A stretch of DNA of 64,000 nt, from the NCBI GenBank assembly GCA_963816145.1, contig CAWFJP010000005.1:96001-160000 (forward strand), read 5' to 3'. The notes under the pieces are model-generated. The model saw only the letters and a list, made by a program, of their open reading frames with translations. It did no database searches and was not told the origin of the DNA. Of this stretch, positions 10,463 through 21,118 are shown one piece after another (the first letter of the stretch is position 1; every line of letters begins with the position of its first letter). A program made the translations under genes and the position numbers. The DNA is from an uncultured delta proteobacterium. GTDB taxonomy: Bacteria; Desulfobacterota; Binatia; UBA9968.

Positions 10463-12428
10463 TATGAACTTACCACCGGAACAAGAATCTATTAGGGCAA
10501 AATGTTTTCATCCGTCGGGGCTGTTCGTGGAGTTTTCGAGAGAAGATATCGAGAAATCGATCCCTGAACGATTTGAGAAAATCGTACGGACGCATCCGGA
10601 CCAATTGGCCATCAAGACAGCGTTGGAAGAACTGACCTACGCTGAGTTGAATCGTGCCGCCAATCGTGTCGCTCACACGTTGATGGATCACGCGATCCGT
10701 GAGACCAAGCCGGTTGCCCTGCTCTTTGATAACGGCACACAGCTTATTATTGCGATGCTCGGAGTTTTGAAGGCCGGCCATTTCTTTGTTCTCTTAGACC
10801 CATCGCTTCCATCGGAAAAACTTGCCGCGTTGCTTGCCAAATCACAGGCGAGGTTGGTGCTGAGCGATGTTGGGAAATTGCAGTTGGCGAGGGAGCTGGC
10901 AGGTACCGGGTTGAAGATAGTCGACTACCAATCGCTCAGTGGCTGCGCGAACACGGCCAATTGCGAACTGTCCCTGAGTCCGCAAATGTTTAGCTATCTT
11001 GTCTATACATCCGGTTCCACGGGGGAACCGAAGGGTGTCATCTATACCCACCAAACTCTTTTGCATCACGTAATGGTGATGACCAATAGTTACCATATCT
11101 GCACCAATGACAAGATAGGTCTCATGACATCAACGTCTAGCGCTACTCTCTCGACCATTGCGCATGCTTTATTAAACGGCGCGACGCTTTATCCCTACGA
11201 TGTCCAAAGCTCTGGTGTTAGCGAGCTAGAGGAGTGGTTGACACGCGAGCAAATTTCAATTTGCTACATTCCCTCCCCGTTATTCCGCAACATGGCAGCG
11301 ACTCTCAAGGTGCAGACTCGTTTCAGCGATTTGCGTCTTATCCATTTGAGAAGCGACAAGGTTCATAAAAGCGATATTGAACTTTGCAAAAACGTTCTTC
11401 CACCCAACGGCTTCATTGGAACTGGGCTGGCCACGACGGAAACCGCCCTAATTGCAATTAACCTAATAGATCAGGACACTAAGTTTCCCGGCGAGGAGGT
11501 TCCAATCGGTTTTCCCGTTGAAGACAAAGAGATCTCCCTGATTGATGACGACGGTAACGACGTTGGTTTCGACGAGGTCGGCGAGATTATCGTGCGAAGT
11601 AAGTATTTATCTCCTGGTTACTGGAACAACCCGGAACTAACGAACGCCAAGTTCAAGTTCGATGCCGAAGATCCCAATAGGCGCATTTATTACACCGGTG
11701 ATCTGGGGCTGATGTTGCCAGATGGTTGCTTGATTCATAAAGGGCGGAAAGATTTTCGGGTTAAAATACGAGGATACGGGGTGGATTTGGTGGAAGTCGA
11801 AAAGGCACTGCTATCTCACCCAGGGATTCGAGAAGCTGTGATAGTCAGTCCAAGGACCCGATCAGGCGAGGCTCGGCTGATTGCTTATTTTGTTTCGGCC
11901 CGGGACTACGTCCCCACCGTTAGTGACTTGCGTCTCTCTTTGGGGAAAACGTTGGCAGATTACATGATTCCATCGGCTTTTGTGAAACTTGACAAAATCC
12001 CTCTGACCACCAACGGAAAGGTGGACCGCGCGGCATTACCTGAGCCGGATGATAAGCGACCGGAGCTGAGCACACCCTATGCACGCCCACGGAATGAGAC
12101 CGAAGCTGGCGTACTCCAACTTTGGCAGGAAGTTCTTGAGGTACGCCCAATAGGTATCCACGACAACTTTTTCGACCTAGGTGGCCACTCGCTGTCAGCA
12201 ACCCGTGTGGTGTCCAGAGTGTTCGAGCAATATAAGTTAGAGATACCGCTGCGATCGCTGTTTCAGTCTCCGACCATTGCCGAAATGGCTGCGGTGATCA
12301 GCGAACATCAGGGAAAGATGTTAGACCAAAGGGAGTTGGCCACCATCCTAGATGAATTAGCGTCGCTGTCGGACGCTGAAGTGCGGCGGCTTGTGAGCGA
12401 AAATAATTCGACCATCGCCAAAAAATAG
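10463..12428 (+). CDS. Stand-alone NRPS-like adenylation + PCP didomain protein
   Basis: LTYAEL, YTSGSTGEPKG, YYTGDLG, GRKDFRVKIRG, PLTTNGKVDR, PCP DNFFDLGGHSL; start MNLPPEQ after GGAG. Confidence 0.92.
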
Positions 12429-12720
12429 TTTCGGCTTCCTAAGATACAGCTGGATCGGCATCGGTAATCAGGCGATGTTCTCCATCCGCAGGCTGAGATT
12501 GAACTGATTTCTCCAACAACTCGATCTCATCCGGTCCTTTTGTCCGCTTTCTGTCCAAGAACTATTTCCCAAGAAACCAAAACAAATCCAGCCATGTTAA
12601 AACTTAGCAGCTAAATTTGGCTCATCTTGGTTGCTGTGCTGCCGTCGACTCGCTTCGTATTCGTCTTCACCGCGTTGCAAGCCGCGCTGATCCGTGGAAG
12701 ATTAACGCGGGAAGAAATTC

Positions 12721-13914
12721 ATGCCGGTCAAGATTCTCGACAACATTACGGTTATCGAATGCGCGACTTTCGTCACCGGGCCTTATGCGACGGCGCTCTT
12801 GGCCGATCTCGGCGCGCGGGTGATCAAGATCGAGTCGGCGCCCGACGGCGATCCGTATCGTTATTTCGCGCCGGACCCGGCGTTCAGTTTCAACTTCGCC
12901 CATCTCAATCGCAACAAAGAGAGCTTGGTGCTCGATCTCAAAGCGCCGAAGGGCAAAGAGATTTGTCTCGAGCTGCTCAAGACAGCCGATGTCTTCGTGG
13001 AAAACTTTCGCCCCGGCACGGCAGCTCGGCTGGGGATCGGTTATGAGAGGTTAAAAGTTCTCAATCCAAAACTGGTCTACTGCTCGATCTCTGCGTTCGG
13101 CCAGAGCGGCCCCTACGCGGAGAAGCCCGGCTTCGATACCTTGGGGCAGGCGATGAGTGGTTTGTTGAGTTTGCTCAGCGATACCCACGATCCCAAGGTC
13201 ATGGGCATGGCGGTGTCGGATTACGTCACCGGACTTTCCGCGGGCTACGGCATACTCGCTGCGCTCTTAGCGCGGGCAAATTCCGGTGTCGGTTGCCGTG
13301 TCGAGACGTCGCTGCTGCAAGCGACCTTATCCTTTATCGGCGAGACGGCGGCGGGTTACCTGCGCACTGGCAGCGTGCCCAACCGCATGGCGCGGGTGAA
13401 GAACGCCCACGCCTTCGCGTTGGTTTGCCAGGACGGCAAGCCGCTGGCGATTCATTGTTCGGTGCCGGAGAAGTTTTGGCTGGCGCTGTTGCAGGCCGCC
13501 GAACGCATGGACATCGCCGCGGATGAACGATTCAAGTCGCGCGATTCACGGCGGCAGAACTACGAGGCATTAGAACAAACGCTGGCGTCGACATTCAAGA
13601 CCAAGACGCGCGGCGATTGGTTGAAAATCCTCGAAGCCCACGACGTGCCGGCGGTGCCGCTCTATGACGTCGCCGAAGTGCTCAACGACCCGCAAGTGAA
13701 GCATCTTGGCCTGATCGAAGAGATCGAGCATCCCACCGCCGGCAGATTAAGGTTCGTCGGTGGACCGGTGGGTTTTGACAATCTGGCCAAAGACAAAGCC
13801 GCGCCGCCGCCCCTGGTGGGCGCGCAGAGTGAGAACATTCTCCGCGCATTGGGCCACGACGACGCGGCGATCAAAGAGTTGGTGAGCCAAGGTGTCAGTC
13901 AAATCGCTCGTTAG
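12721..13914 (+). CDS. CaiB/BaiF family III CoA transferase
   Basis: LADLGARVIKIE, NRNKES, DVFVENFRPG, PGFD. Confidence 0.93.
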   Translation: MPVKILDNITVIECATFVTGPYATALLADLGARVIKIESAPDGDPYRYFAPDPAFSFNFAHLNRNKESLVLDLKAPKGKEICLELLKTADVFVENFRPGTAARLGIGYERLKVLNPKLVYCSISAFGQSGPYAEKPGFDTLGQAMSGLLSLLSDTHDPKVMGMAVSDYVTGLSAGYGILAALLARANSGVGCRVETSLLQATLSFIGETAAGYLRTGSVPNRMARVKNAHAFALVCQDGKPLAIHCSVPEKFWLALLQAAERMDIAADERFKSRDSRRQNYEALEQTLASTFKTKTRGDWLKILEAHDVPAVPLYDVAEVLNDPQVKHLGLIEEIEHPTAGRLRFVGGPVGFDNLAKDKAAPPPLVGAQSENILRALGHDDAAIKELVSQGVSQIAR

Positions 13915-13952
13915 CGTCCGCTAACTGCGCATAACTATCCCTTACCCATCCG

Positions 13953-15236
13953 ATGAATCGCTTACTTGCTGCCTGCGCACTCATTCTCTGGTTGTGCGTT
14001 ATACCTATCATTCGAGCGTCCCAGGCTCAGCCGGTGCCTGGAACGACGCCGGAGATCTTCAAGCAGTTTTCCGAGTATGTCGTAAAGATCGAGGTGGTGG
14101 AGACCGGCTCGGCGGCGAAAGCGTCGACGGGCACCGGCTTTGTTGCCGACCCTAGCGGGCGCATCGTTACCAACTACCATGTGATTTCCAAGTTGGTGCA
14201 TTCGCCGGAGCGCTATCGGATCGATGTTATCGATGTCGCCGGCGGCACGACCGTGGCGACGGTGCTGGGCGTCGATGTGGTCTACGACTTGGCGGTGTTG
14301 CGGACCGCTCGCCGGCCCAAGGGCCACCTGGACTTCGAATCGAAGCCGGTGGAGCAGGGCACAAGGCTCTATTCGCTCGGTCATCCGCATGACCTTGGCT
14401 TGAGCATCGTCGAAGGCACGCATAATGGACTGCTCAAACATACGCTCTATCCGAAAGTCCATTTCACCGGTTCGCTCAACCCCGGCATGAGCGGAGGGCC
14501 GACGCTGACACAAGCCGGCAAAGTCGTCGGCGTCAATGTCGCCACCGAGGGCAATCAGATCAGCTTTCTGGTGCCGGCGGAGCGGGCCATAGCTCTGCTG
14601 GAACGGACGGCCAAGGTAGAGACGCCGGCGGCGGCGGGCTTTCTCGCCGATGTCGGCCGGCAGATCTACGACAATCAGTCGCGCTATCTCGCCGGCATGT
14701 TCGATGCGAAGACGCCGCGGGTGGTGCTCTCGCCATACAATCTGCCGACCCGGCCGACCGAGTTTTTTCGCTGCTGGGCGGATGCGGTGCGCCGAAAAGA
14801 ATTGCCCTACGTGTCGGTGACCCACGACTGTTCGACGGACGATTATATATTTGTATCGAGCGAGCAGTCCTCGGGCATCGTGCGTTTTTTTCATCAGCTG
14901 CTATCTACCAGCGAGCTTAACCCAGCGCGCTTTTTCACGCTCTACTCCGGACAGTTTCAAGGCGGCAACGCGGCGATGTTCGGTAACGAAGAAGAAGTCA
15001 CGCCGTTCCGCTGCCAGACGCGCAACGTGGCGACGGCCAATGGCAAGCTCAAAGCGGTGTTATGCGCGCGCCAGTACATCAAGCTGCCGACGCTCTACGA
15101 CGCCGTGTTCCGCGCCGCCACGCTCGGCTCACGCAATGCCGGCTTGGTGTCGACGCTGTCTCTCTCCGGCGTGAGTTTCGACAACGTCCAAGGGCTCAGC
15201 CGCCGCTACATGGAGAACATCAAGTGGCAGCGCTAG
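13953..15236 (+). CDS. Secreted trypsin-like (S1C) serine protease with Cys-containing C-terminal domain
   Basis: Signal peptide; triad motifs TNYHV, DLAVL, NPGMSGGP. Confidence 0.88.
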   Translation: MNRLLAACALILWLCVIPIIRASQAQPVPGTTPEIFKQFSEYVVKIEVVETGSAAKASTGTGFVADPSGRIVTNYHVISKLVHSPERYRIDVIDVAGGTTVATVLGVDVVYDLAVLRTARRPKGHLDFESKPVEQGTRLYSLGHPHDLGLSIVEGTHNGLLKHTLYPKVHFTGSLNPGMSGGPTLTQAGKVVGVNVATEGNQISFLVPAERAIALLERTAKVETPAAAGFLADVGRQIYDNQSRYLAGMFDAKTPRVVLSPYNLPTRPTEFFRCWADAVRRKELPYVSVTHDCSTDDYIFVSSEQSSGIVRFFHQLLSTSELNPARFFTLYSGQFQGGNAAMFGNEEEVTPFRCQTRNVATANGKLKAVLCARQYIKLPTLYDAVFRAATLGSRNAGLVSTLSLSGVSFDNVQGLSRRYMENIKWQR

Positions 15237-16198
15237 GCTATATCGAGATTCTTGACGGCAAGGGCAGTGTCGTCGAGCGCATCGCGGTCGATAGTTTCCC
15301 AGTGACTATCGGCCGCGCTTATAGCAATCAGGTGATTGTCTCGGATCCGTTTGTCTGCCCGCTTCATCTGAAGATTGCGCAACACGAACAAGGCAGATTG
15401 CTTGCCAGCGATTTGGACAGCGTTAACGGTAGCTATCCCGCTGCCGGTAAGGAGTCGGTGACTCAGTGGGAGCTCCAGTCCGGCAGCCAGTTTCGTATCG
15501 GACATACGGTTTTGCGTTACGTCAGCGTCGATCATCCGCCGGCGCCGACGCTGGTCGATCGCGCGGTGAAAATGTCGCTGTTGGCGTCGCCCTACGCCGC
15601 GGTGATTTCGGCGGTCGTCTTGGTGCTGCTGCTCTGTTTGGATGGCTATCTATCCAGCTTCGAGCGCGTAACCGTGGCGCAAATCATTAGCGAGCCTTGG
15701 GTTACGGTGTCGATGCTGGCGACCTGGGCGGGCATGTGGGCGCTGGCCAGCCGGCTGGTCGTCAGCCGTTTCAATTTTGCTCAGCATGTGACGATCGCCT
15801 GTATCGCTCTGTTGACGATCAGCGGTCTCGGTGTCGTCGCCGAGTGGACGGAGTTTTTCCTGCCGCGCATTCCCATGCTCTGGATCGCCGGTGTGTTCGG
15901 GTATGGCTTGGTGTTGGCAGGGCTGGTGTACGGCCATCTCGGTGCCGCCTCGGCGTTGCGGCGCCGTTCCCGCCTCTGGGCCGCCGCCGCGGTTAGTTTG
16001 GTTGTCGTCAGTAGCAGTGCGATCAGCGACTTCGCGGCGCGCAGCAAGTTCTCGACGATCATGGAATACAGCGGCGTAATCAAACCGATCGACGCCGCCT
16101 GGGTGCCGGCAACCTCGGTCGATGAGTTTTTCGGCAGTTCGGAGAAATTAAAAAGTGAGTTGGATAAGCTAACCAAAAAGGCCAAAGCGTCGCACTGA
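15224..16198 (+). CDS. FHA domain-containing membrane protein
   Basis: GTG start overlapping the protease end; TIGRAYSN, H, DLDSVNG FHA motifs, then about 5 TM segments. Confidence 0.82.
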   Translation: MAALGYIEILDGKGSVVERIAVDSFPVTIGRAYSNQVIVSDPFVCPLHLKIAQHEQGRLLASDLDSVNGSYPAAGKESVTQWELQSGSQFRIGHTVLRYVSVDHPPAPTLVDRAVKMSLLASPYAAVISAVVLVLLLCLDGYLSSFERVTVAQIISEPWVTVSMLATWAGMWALASRLVVSRFNFAQHVTIACIALLTISGLGVVAEWTEFFLPRIPMLWIAGVFGYGLVLAGLVYGHLGAASALRRRSRLWAAAAVSLVVVSSSAISDFAARSKFSTIMEYSGVIKPIDAAWVPATSVDEFFGSSEKLKSELDKLTKKAKASH

Positions 16199-16394
16199 GA
16201 TCAAGACCGGGAAAGGGTTCAGTTTGATTTCGGCGGCAATTCGCTGAATGGGGGAGATTTCTCGCTACGCTCGAAATGACAGCGACAGGCTCACCGTCAT
16301 CCGGAACGGACAGAGGATCTTGGCAATCCGAGCCGTCCAGTCCGGGCCGCGCGAAGATTTGACATAAGCGAAACCATCTGGCTAGGTTAATTTC

Positions 16395-16428
16395 GTTCAA
16401 GGTTCAAAGGTTCAAAAGTTCAACGTTC
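16395..16428. repeat. Short tandem GTTCAA(A)G repeats
   Basis: TTCAAGGTTCAAAGGTTCAAAAGTTCAACGTTC. Confidence 0.7.
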
Positions 16429-16451
16429 GGATCCTGAAAAGGAAGCAAGCT

Positions 16452-17459
16452 ATGATTTTTGACGTTGAGATCAATTCCGCGGCGCACTATCCGGCCGCCG
16501 ACGTACCGGGGCTCATCGAGTCGGCCGAGCAAGCGGGCTTTGGCGCTTTTTGGAAAGGCGAATCGAATAGCACGGATCCGTTTGTCATGCTTTCGGCGGT
16601 GGCGAGCCGGACCAAGAAAATCAAATTGGGCACGGCGATCTATCACATTTACGGCCGCAGCCCGGTGACGCTCGGGATCCAATCGGCGACCTTGCAAGAT
16701 TTGTCCGGCGGCCGTTTGCTGCTCGGTCTCGGCGTCGCCAACAAGGCGATCGCCGGCTGGCATGGCGGCGTTTTCGATCGGCCGCTCAAACGGGCGCGTG
16801 AATATATCGAGGTCACGCGCAAAGTCGCTGCCGGCGAGCGCGTCGAATACGAGGGGGAAATCTATAACACCGGCAAGCGCTTTCAACTTTCCTGGAAACC
16901 GAGCTTTCCAAACTTGCCTGTTTATTTAGCCGGCTTGGGGCCGCAGATGACCAAGCTGGTCGGCAAGATCGCCGACGGTGTGGTGATCAATATGGCGACA
17001 CCGGCCAAGGTGCGCGAGATCGCCGCGCGGGTGCGCGAAGGCGCAGTCGAAGCCGGCCGCGACCCAAACAAGATCGAAATCATCGCCAAGTCGCGGGTCT
17101 CGCTCAATCCCGACAAGAATGCCGCGCGCGCCAAGCTGCGCCAGGTGTTGACCTTCTACAATATCGCCGACCACTACAGCGACATGCTGCGCGGCATGGG
17201 CTTCGACAAAGAGGTGAGCGCGATCCACGAGGCGTTTCAAAAGGGCGGTTTCAAAGCCGCCATGGGCGCGCTCACCGACGAGTACATGGACAAGCTGCCG
17301 GTGGTACCTGCGAGCGATGTGCGCGAGATCAAAGAAAAGATGAAAGCCTTTGAAGAAGCCGGCGTCACCCGCATGGTGATTCCCTATGTGCCGGTGACCG
17401 AACCGGTGGTGGAGGATGCGCGGCGCTTTTTCGAGGCGTGGGGGAACGCGAGCGCCTAA
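16452..17459 (+). CDS. LLM-class flavin/F420-dependent oxidoreductase
   Basis: AEQAGF, TKKIKLGTAI, LSGGRLLLGLG, GPQM...ADG. Confidence 0.92.
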   Translation: MIFDVEINSAAHYPAADVPGLIESAEQAGFGAFWKGESNSTDPFVMLSAVASRTKKIKLGTAIYHIYGRSPVTLGIQSATLQDLSGGRLLLGLGVANKAIAGWHGGVFDRPLKRAREYIEVTRKVAAGERVEYEGEIYNTGKRFQLSWKPSFPNLPVYLAGLGPQMTKLVGKIADGVVINMATPAKVREIAARVREGAVEAGRDPNKIEIIAKSRVSLNPDKNAARAKLRQVLTFYNIADHYSDMLRGMGFDKEVSAIHEAFQKGGFKAAMGALTDEYMDKLPVVPASDVREIKEKMKAFEEAGVTRMVIPYVPVTEPVVEDARRFFEAWGNASA

Positions 17460-17471
17460 GCGCTCGCGCGG

Positions 17472-17565
17472 TTCAACGTTCAAGGTTCAAAGGTTCAAGG
17501 TCGGACCGACGAACCGCTGAGCCATCCGATTCCGAACGTTGAACCTTGAACTTGGAACTTTGAAC
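17472..17565. repeat. Inverted repeat with GTTCAAG tandem arms
   Basis: GTTCAACGTTCAAGGTTCAAAGGTTCAAG ... GAACGTTGAACCTTGAACTTGGAACTTTGAAC. Confidence 0.8.
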
Positions 17566-17596
17566 TAATTTTTGTCGACAGAAGGGAGATTTTTAA

Positions 17597-18613
17597 ATGT
17601 GTGATTTTGCTGCGGACGGTAAGGCCGCTGAAGAACTGATGCTGGGACGAACGCTGACAGTATCGCGGGCCCGCGAACTCAACGCCAAGGACTACTTTTA
17701 TCAGATGCTCAAGGATAACCCGGAGATGTTGAAGATCTATCCGGGCATCGAGAACGAGCTGCTCGACGGCGCCATCGACTGCCACATCCATGCGTTTCCC
17801 GATTTTGTCCATCGATCCCAGGACATGATTCAGATCGCCATCGAGGCCTCCAAGTGCGGCATGCGCGCCATCGCCTTCAAAGACCACTGGAACATCAGCG
17901 CCACCTCGGCCTATTTGACCCAGCGCCATATCGACGACATGATCGCCCGCGGCGAGCTCACCCATCGGGTCGAAGTGTACGGCGGCGTCGGCATGTGCTT
18001 CGGCATGCGCCCGGACTATGTCCGCGTCGGTCTGCAGTATCCCAACTTCAAGATGATCTGGTTCCCGTCGTTTACCTCCTATGGTTTCTGGCGCAGCGCC
18101 GGCCACCCGGATCACGAAGGCGTGCGTCTTTGCAGCGAAGACGGCAAGGTGTTGCCGGAAGTAAAGCAGATCATGGAGATGGCCGCCGAGAAACGAGTCG
18201 GCATCGGCTTCGGCCATACCGATTTCGAGGAGCTCCTACCGCTCGCGAAAATGGCCAAGGAGATCGGCGTGCGCGCGACCCTCGACCATCCGCTGCTGGA
18301 ATTGAATAAATTGCTGCTCGACGAGATGAAGCAGCTGCGCGATCTCGGCGTCTACGTCGGCACCTATTGCCAGCCGATGATCCCGAGCTTGTACCAGCCG
18401 GTCGCCGACCCCATGGAAACCATCCGCACCATCAAAGAAATCGGCCCGGACCGCTGCATCATCGGCAGCGACTTTGGCCAGGTGCTGCACATGGACGCCA
18501 TCGACGGCATGCGGGTATTTCTCCGCGCGCTCTTGGGCTTCGGTATCAAACCGGAAGAAGTGAAGCTGATGCTGAAAGACAACCCGGCGAAATTGATGTA
18601 TCTGGATGATTAG
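17597..18613 (+). CDS. Metal-dependent TIM-barrel hydrolase (DUF6282-like)
   Basis: GAIDCHIH, GMRAIAFKDH, GH, DHP, GSDFGQ. Confidence 0.78.
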   Translation: MCDFAADGKAAEELMLGRTLTVSRARELNAKDYFYQMLKDNPEMLKIYPGIENELLDGAIDCHIHAFPDFVHRSQDMIQIAIEASKCGMRAIAFKDHWNISATSAYLTQRHIDDMIARGELTHRVEVYGGVGMCFGMRPDYVRVGLQYPNFKMIWFPSFTSYGFWRSAGHPDHEGVRLCSEDGKVLPEVKQIMEMAAEKRVGIGFGHTDFEELLPLAKMAKEIGVRATLDHPLLELNKLLLDEMKQLRDLGVYVGTYCQPMIPSLYQPVADPMETIRTIKEIGPDRCIIGSDFGQVLHMDAIDGMRVFLRALLGFGIKPEEVKLMLKDNPAKLMYLDD

Positions 18614-18643
18614 CAGGCAATAGGCATCAGGCAACAGGCATTA

Positions 18644-18667
18644 GTAGGAGCGCAGCATGCTGCGCCC
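18644..18667 (+). repeat. GTAG-type REP hairpin
   Basis: GTAGGAGCGCAGCATGCTGCGCCC, preceded by CA(A/T)(T/C)AGG heptamer tandems. Confidence 0.7.
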
Positions 18668-18888
18668 GATTCAATCACAGCTACAACGATCACGTACATA
18701 ATAGGGAACGGGGCGGCATGGGCCGCCCCTTTCCTTTTTGCATTATTTACCCGCACACACCAACCCCACCTGTTTTGATCTCCCACCGTAACGCTTCTCT
18801 AATGAGAGAAGTTGAATGCACTGACAGCGCGGTTAATGTCCCATTCGGGGATGGTTGAAATCCCTCGCCTTCAGGCGAAGAGAAGTTT

Positions 18889-18973
18889 GTCATGCCGGCG
18901 CAGGCCGGCATCTATCTTCGGTTTCGTTGGAAGGCCGAAGAAAACCTGGATTCCGGCCTACGCCGGAATGACG
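18889..18973. repeat. GTCATGCCGGC-type REP-like palindrome
   Basis: GTCATGCCGGCGCAGGCCGGCATC...TGGATTCCGGCCTACGCCGGAATGAC; same family as 5128. Confidence 0.8.
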
Positions 18974-19035
18974 AAAGGAAGAGTCGACTTATAGTCGACG
19001 AATTCAGAACCCCTTGCCTTGGAGCCGAGGGTCAT

Positions 19036-20070
19036 TCAGTTCTTCTTGTAAACGCTTTGGATGTACCCGGAAGTTTCGAGCTTGCTCAGGAAGGAATTAT
19101 CGATGGTATTTTCGACGCGCACATCGCCCATTTTCGGGTTGATTTGCAGCAACAGCTTGTGCAGGCGCCGCATGCCCTCAAGGTTAGTATGCGGCACCCG
19201 CTCGTAGAAATTTATCACCGCCTGATAAGATTCCTCCGCGTCGGCGGCGCTTAAGCGCAGATTCGATGCCAGCAGGCGGGTGACCATCTCCCTGTTGGCC
19301 GGATCGACCGTAACGGCGATCGCTTCGATCATGGTTTTCAAATAGGCGTCGATCACCTGGGGCTTGGCCGCCGCGATGCGCCGCGTTGTGGTCAGCATGC
19401 TTTGGGGCAGGGTGACGCCGGTGGTTTTAAAGTTGTAAAGCACGGTGTAGCCCTTGTTGCCATAGAGGTCGCCGACCGCGCCCCTTAGACCGGTGGCATC
19501 CACCCCGTTGGTTTCCAACGCCAAGCGCCGGTTCATTTCTGTTCCAGGAATTGTTAAATAGGCGATTCTCGCTTGCGTTGCATCGACGCTGAGACCCTGA
19601 AGCGCTAGCATCGTCACCAGATGCGACGTCGAGCCGGGACCGCTGATGGCGATACGCTTGCCGCGCAAGTCTTCCTTGGTTTTAATTTCCGGTCTAGCGA
19701 TCAGCCGATAGTCGAGTTTCTGTGACAGGTTGGCGATGCCGATGGCGTCGGCACCGCCGCTCGCGGCGTTGATCACGTGGCCGGGGCCGACGATGGCGGC
19801 GTCGATTTCGCCCGCTAGCAACGCGGCAATCGCCAACGGGTTGCGCGGCATGAGGATAAACTGCATATCCAAGCCGTGCTTCTTGAACAAACCCCGTTCC
19901 CGCGCCACCCAAAGAGCCGTCATGCTTTCGCTGGTAACGCTGCCCGCTAAGTAGCTCCGCGTCTGCGCCGTCAAGCGGCTCGGCAGCAGCTGGGCGCACG
20001 TGAGAGCGAGAATGATGAAAATTCCGAACCGAATCATCCGGCCGTCGATTCTTGCCGCGCAAGTTTTCAT
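19036..20070 (-). CDS. ABC-type substrate-binding protein, NMT1/THI5/SsuA-like
   Basis: WVARERGLFKKHGLD, LLAGEID, DLRGKRIAIS. Confidence 0.88.
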   Translation of the reverse strand: MKTCAARIDGRMIRFGIFIILALTCAQLLPSRLTAQTRSYLAGSVTSESMTALWVARERGLFKKHGLDMQFILMPRNPLAIAALLAGEIDAAIVGPGHVINAASGGADAIGIANLSQKLDYRLIARPEIKTKEDLRGKRIAISGPGSTSHLVTMLALQGLSVDATQARIAYLTIPGTEMNRRLALETNGVDATGLRGAVGDLYGNKGYTVLYNFKTTGVTLPQSMLTTTRRIAAAKPQVIDAYLKTMIEAIAVTVDPANREMVTRLLASNLRLSAADAEESYQAVINFYERVPHTNLEGMRRLHKLLLQINPKMGDVRVENTIDNSFLSKLETSGYIQSVYKKN

Positions 20071-20079
20071 TGTCGTTGC

Positions 20080-20472
20080 TTAGCTTGGTTTTTTCTCGCC
20101 GACCGGCTGCACATCGAGAAAGCCATGCTCCGAAATGTCAAAATAGTTGCCGTCCGGATCCGAACCGCGGGTCTCCGCATAGGGCCTGCCGTTGGGGCGC
20201 GGCTTGGGCAATTTGTTAGGGTTGATTTTTTTCATCTTCTCGACGATGGCCTCGCCGTTTTCGACTTCGAAGCCGAAATGGTAAAGCCCGTTGGGCGAAT
20301 TTTGATCTTTGTTGGGGATGATGGCCAGATTGAAATAACCATCGGAAAGGAAGATGGTGCCGCCTTCCTCTTTGCTCTTATGAATCACCTTCATATCGAA
20401 GACGTCGACATAAAACGACGCCAACTTGCCGGTGTCTTCCGTGCGAATCCCTAGGTGCCGAAGTTTCGCCAT
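20080..20472 (-). CDS. VOC family protein
   Basis: LRHLGI, LSDGYFNLA, HFGFEV, DPDGNYFD; GGAGG RBS. Confidence 0.9.
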   Translation of the reverse strand: MAKLRHLGIRTEDTGKLASFYVDVFDMKVIHKSKEEGGTIFLSDGYFNLAIIPNKDQNSPNGLYHFGFEVENGEAIVEKMKKINPNKLPKPRPNGRPYAETRGSDPDGNYFDISEHGFLDVQPVGEKKPS

Positions 20473-20615
20473 GATCGCCTCCTTGTGATCTGAGAACGGT
20501 TAATCTCGGTGGCCTGTGCAATTGGCTCGGACGCTACAAGATCGATCGTCGTCTTGTCAAGGCAACATGGCGGGTCGAGAACGCTACGCTCGGCGATCTT
20601 TGATTGCCCCGGGGT

Positions 20616-20819
20616 CTACTTTTTGACTGAATAGCCGCGCTTCTCGGCGTCGGCGATACATTGTTGCTGCTGATGATTAACCGATATCGCGCCGAAGAAG
20701 CCAGAGCCATTGGTTTCGCAGATGGCTTCCTCGCCGCGGCTGTTGATCATCACGGTTCGTTCAGCAGCGCAACCGGCTATCAGGCAGATAGCGCTACAAA
20801 GGATGATTCGAAGCGTCAT
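20616..20819 (-). CDS. Small lipoprotein
   Basis: Lipobox IAGC; two further Cys; C...AEKRGY end. Confidence 0.7.
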   Translation of the reverse strand: MTLRIILCSAICLIAGCAAERTVMINSRGEEAICETNGSGFFGAISVNHQQQQCIADAEKRGYSVKK

Positions 20820-21118
20820 GTTTTTAGTATAGCGCCGAATTGATTATCGGCAATGGCATTTTTTCCGGCAGGGATGTGAAGCGTCAATCCCGCGAGAGAC
20901 CGAGGTAATTCTACGTCTACTGGTTTGACCGGCATTGCAGAGCGACCAGGCGAGCCGACCATCTGGGGCTTAGCTTTATGGTTTTTGCGAAACTGCGGGA
21001 GGCAAACGTCTCCAACGATTAAAGGGACGTGCGTCGAATTATCATTCGGCAAGAATGTCCCTGATAAATTTCCACTCGGCGACTGTCGCGATAGAAAACC
21101 CTGGTATTCTTTCTCCGC

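Noticed and set aside
15062-15223. N-terminal extension of the FHA protein
   Set aside because: Overlaps the protease gene; RBS and GTG at 15224 fit better
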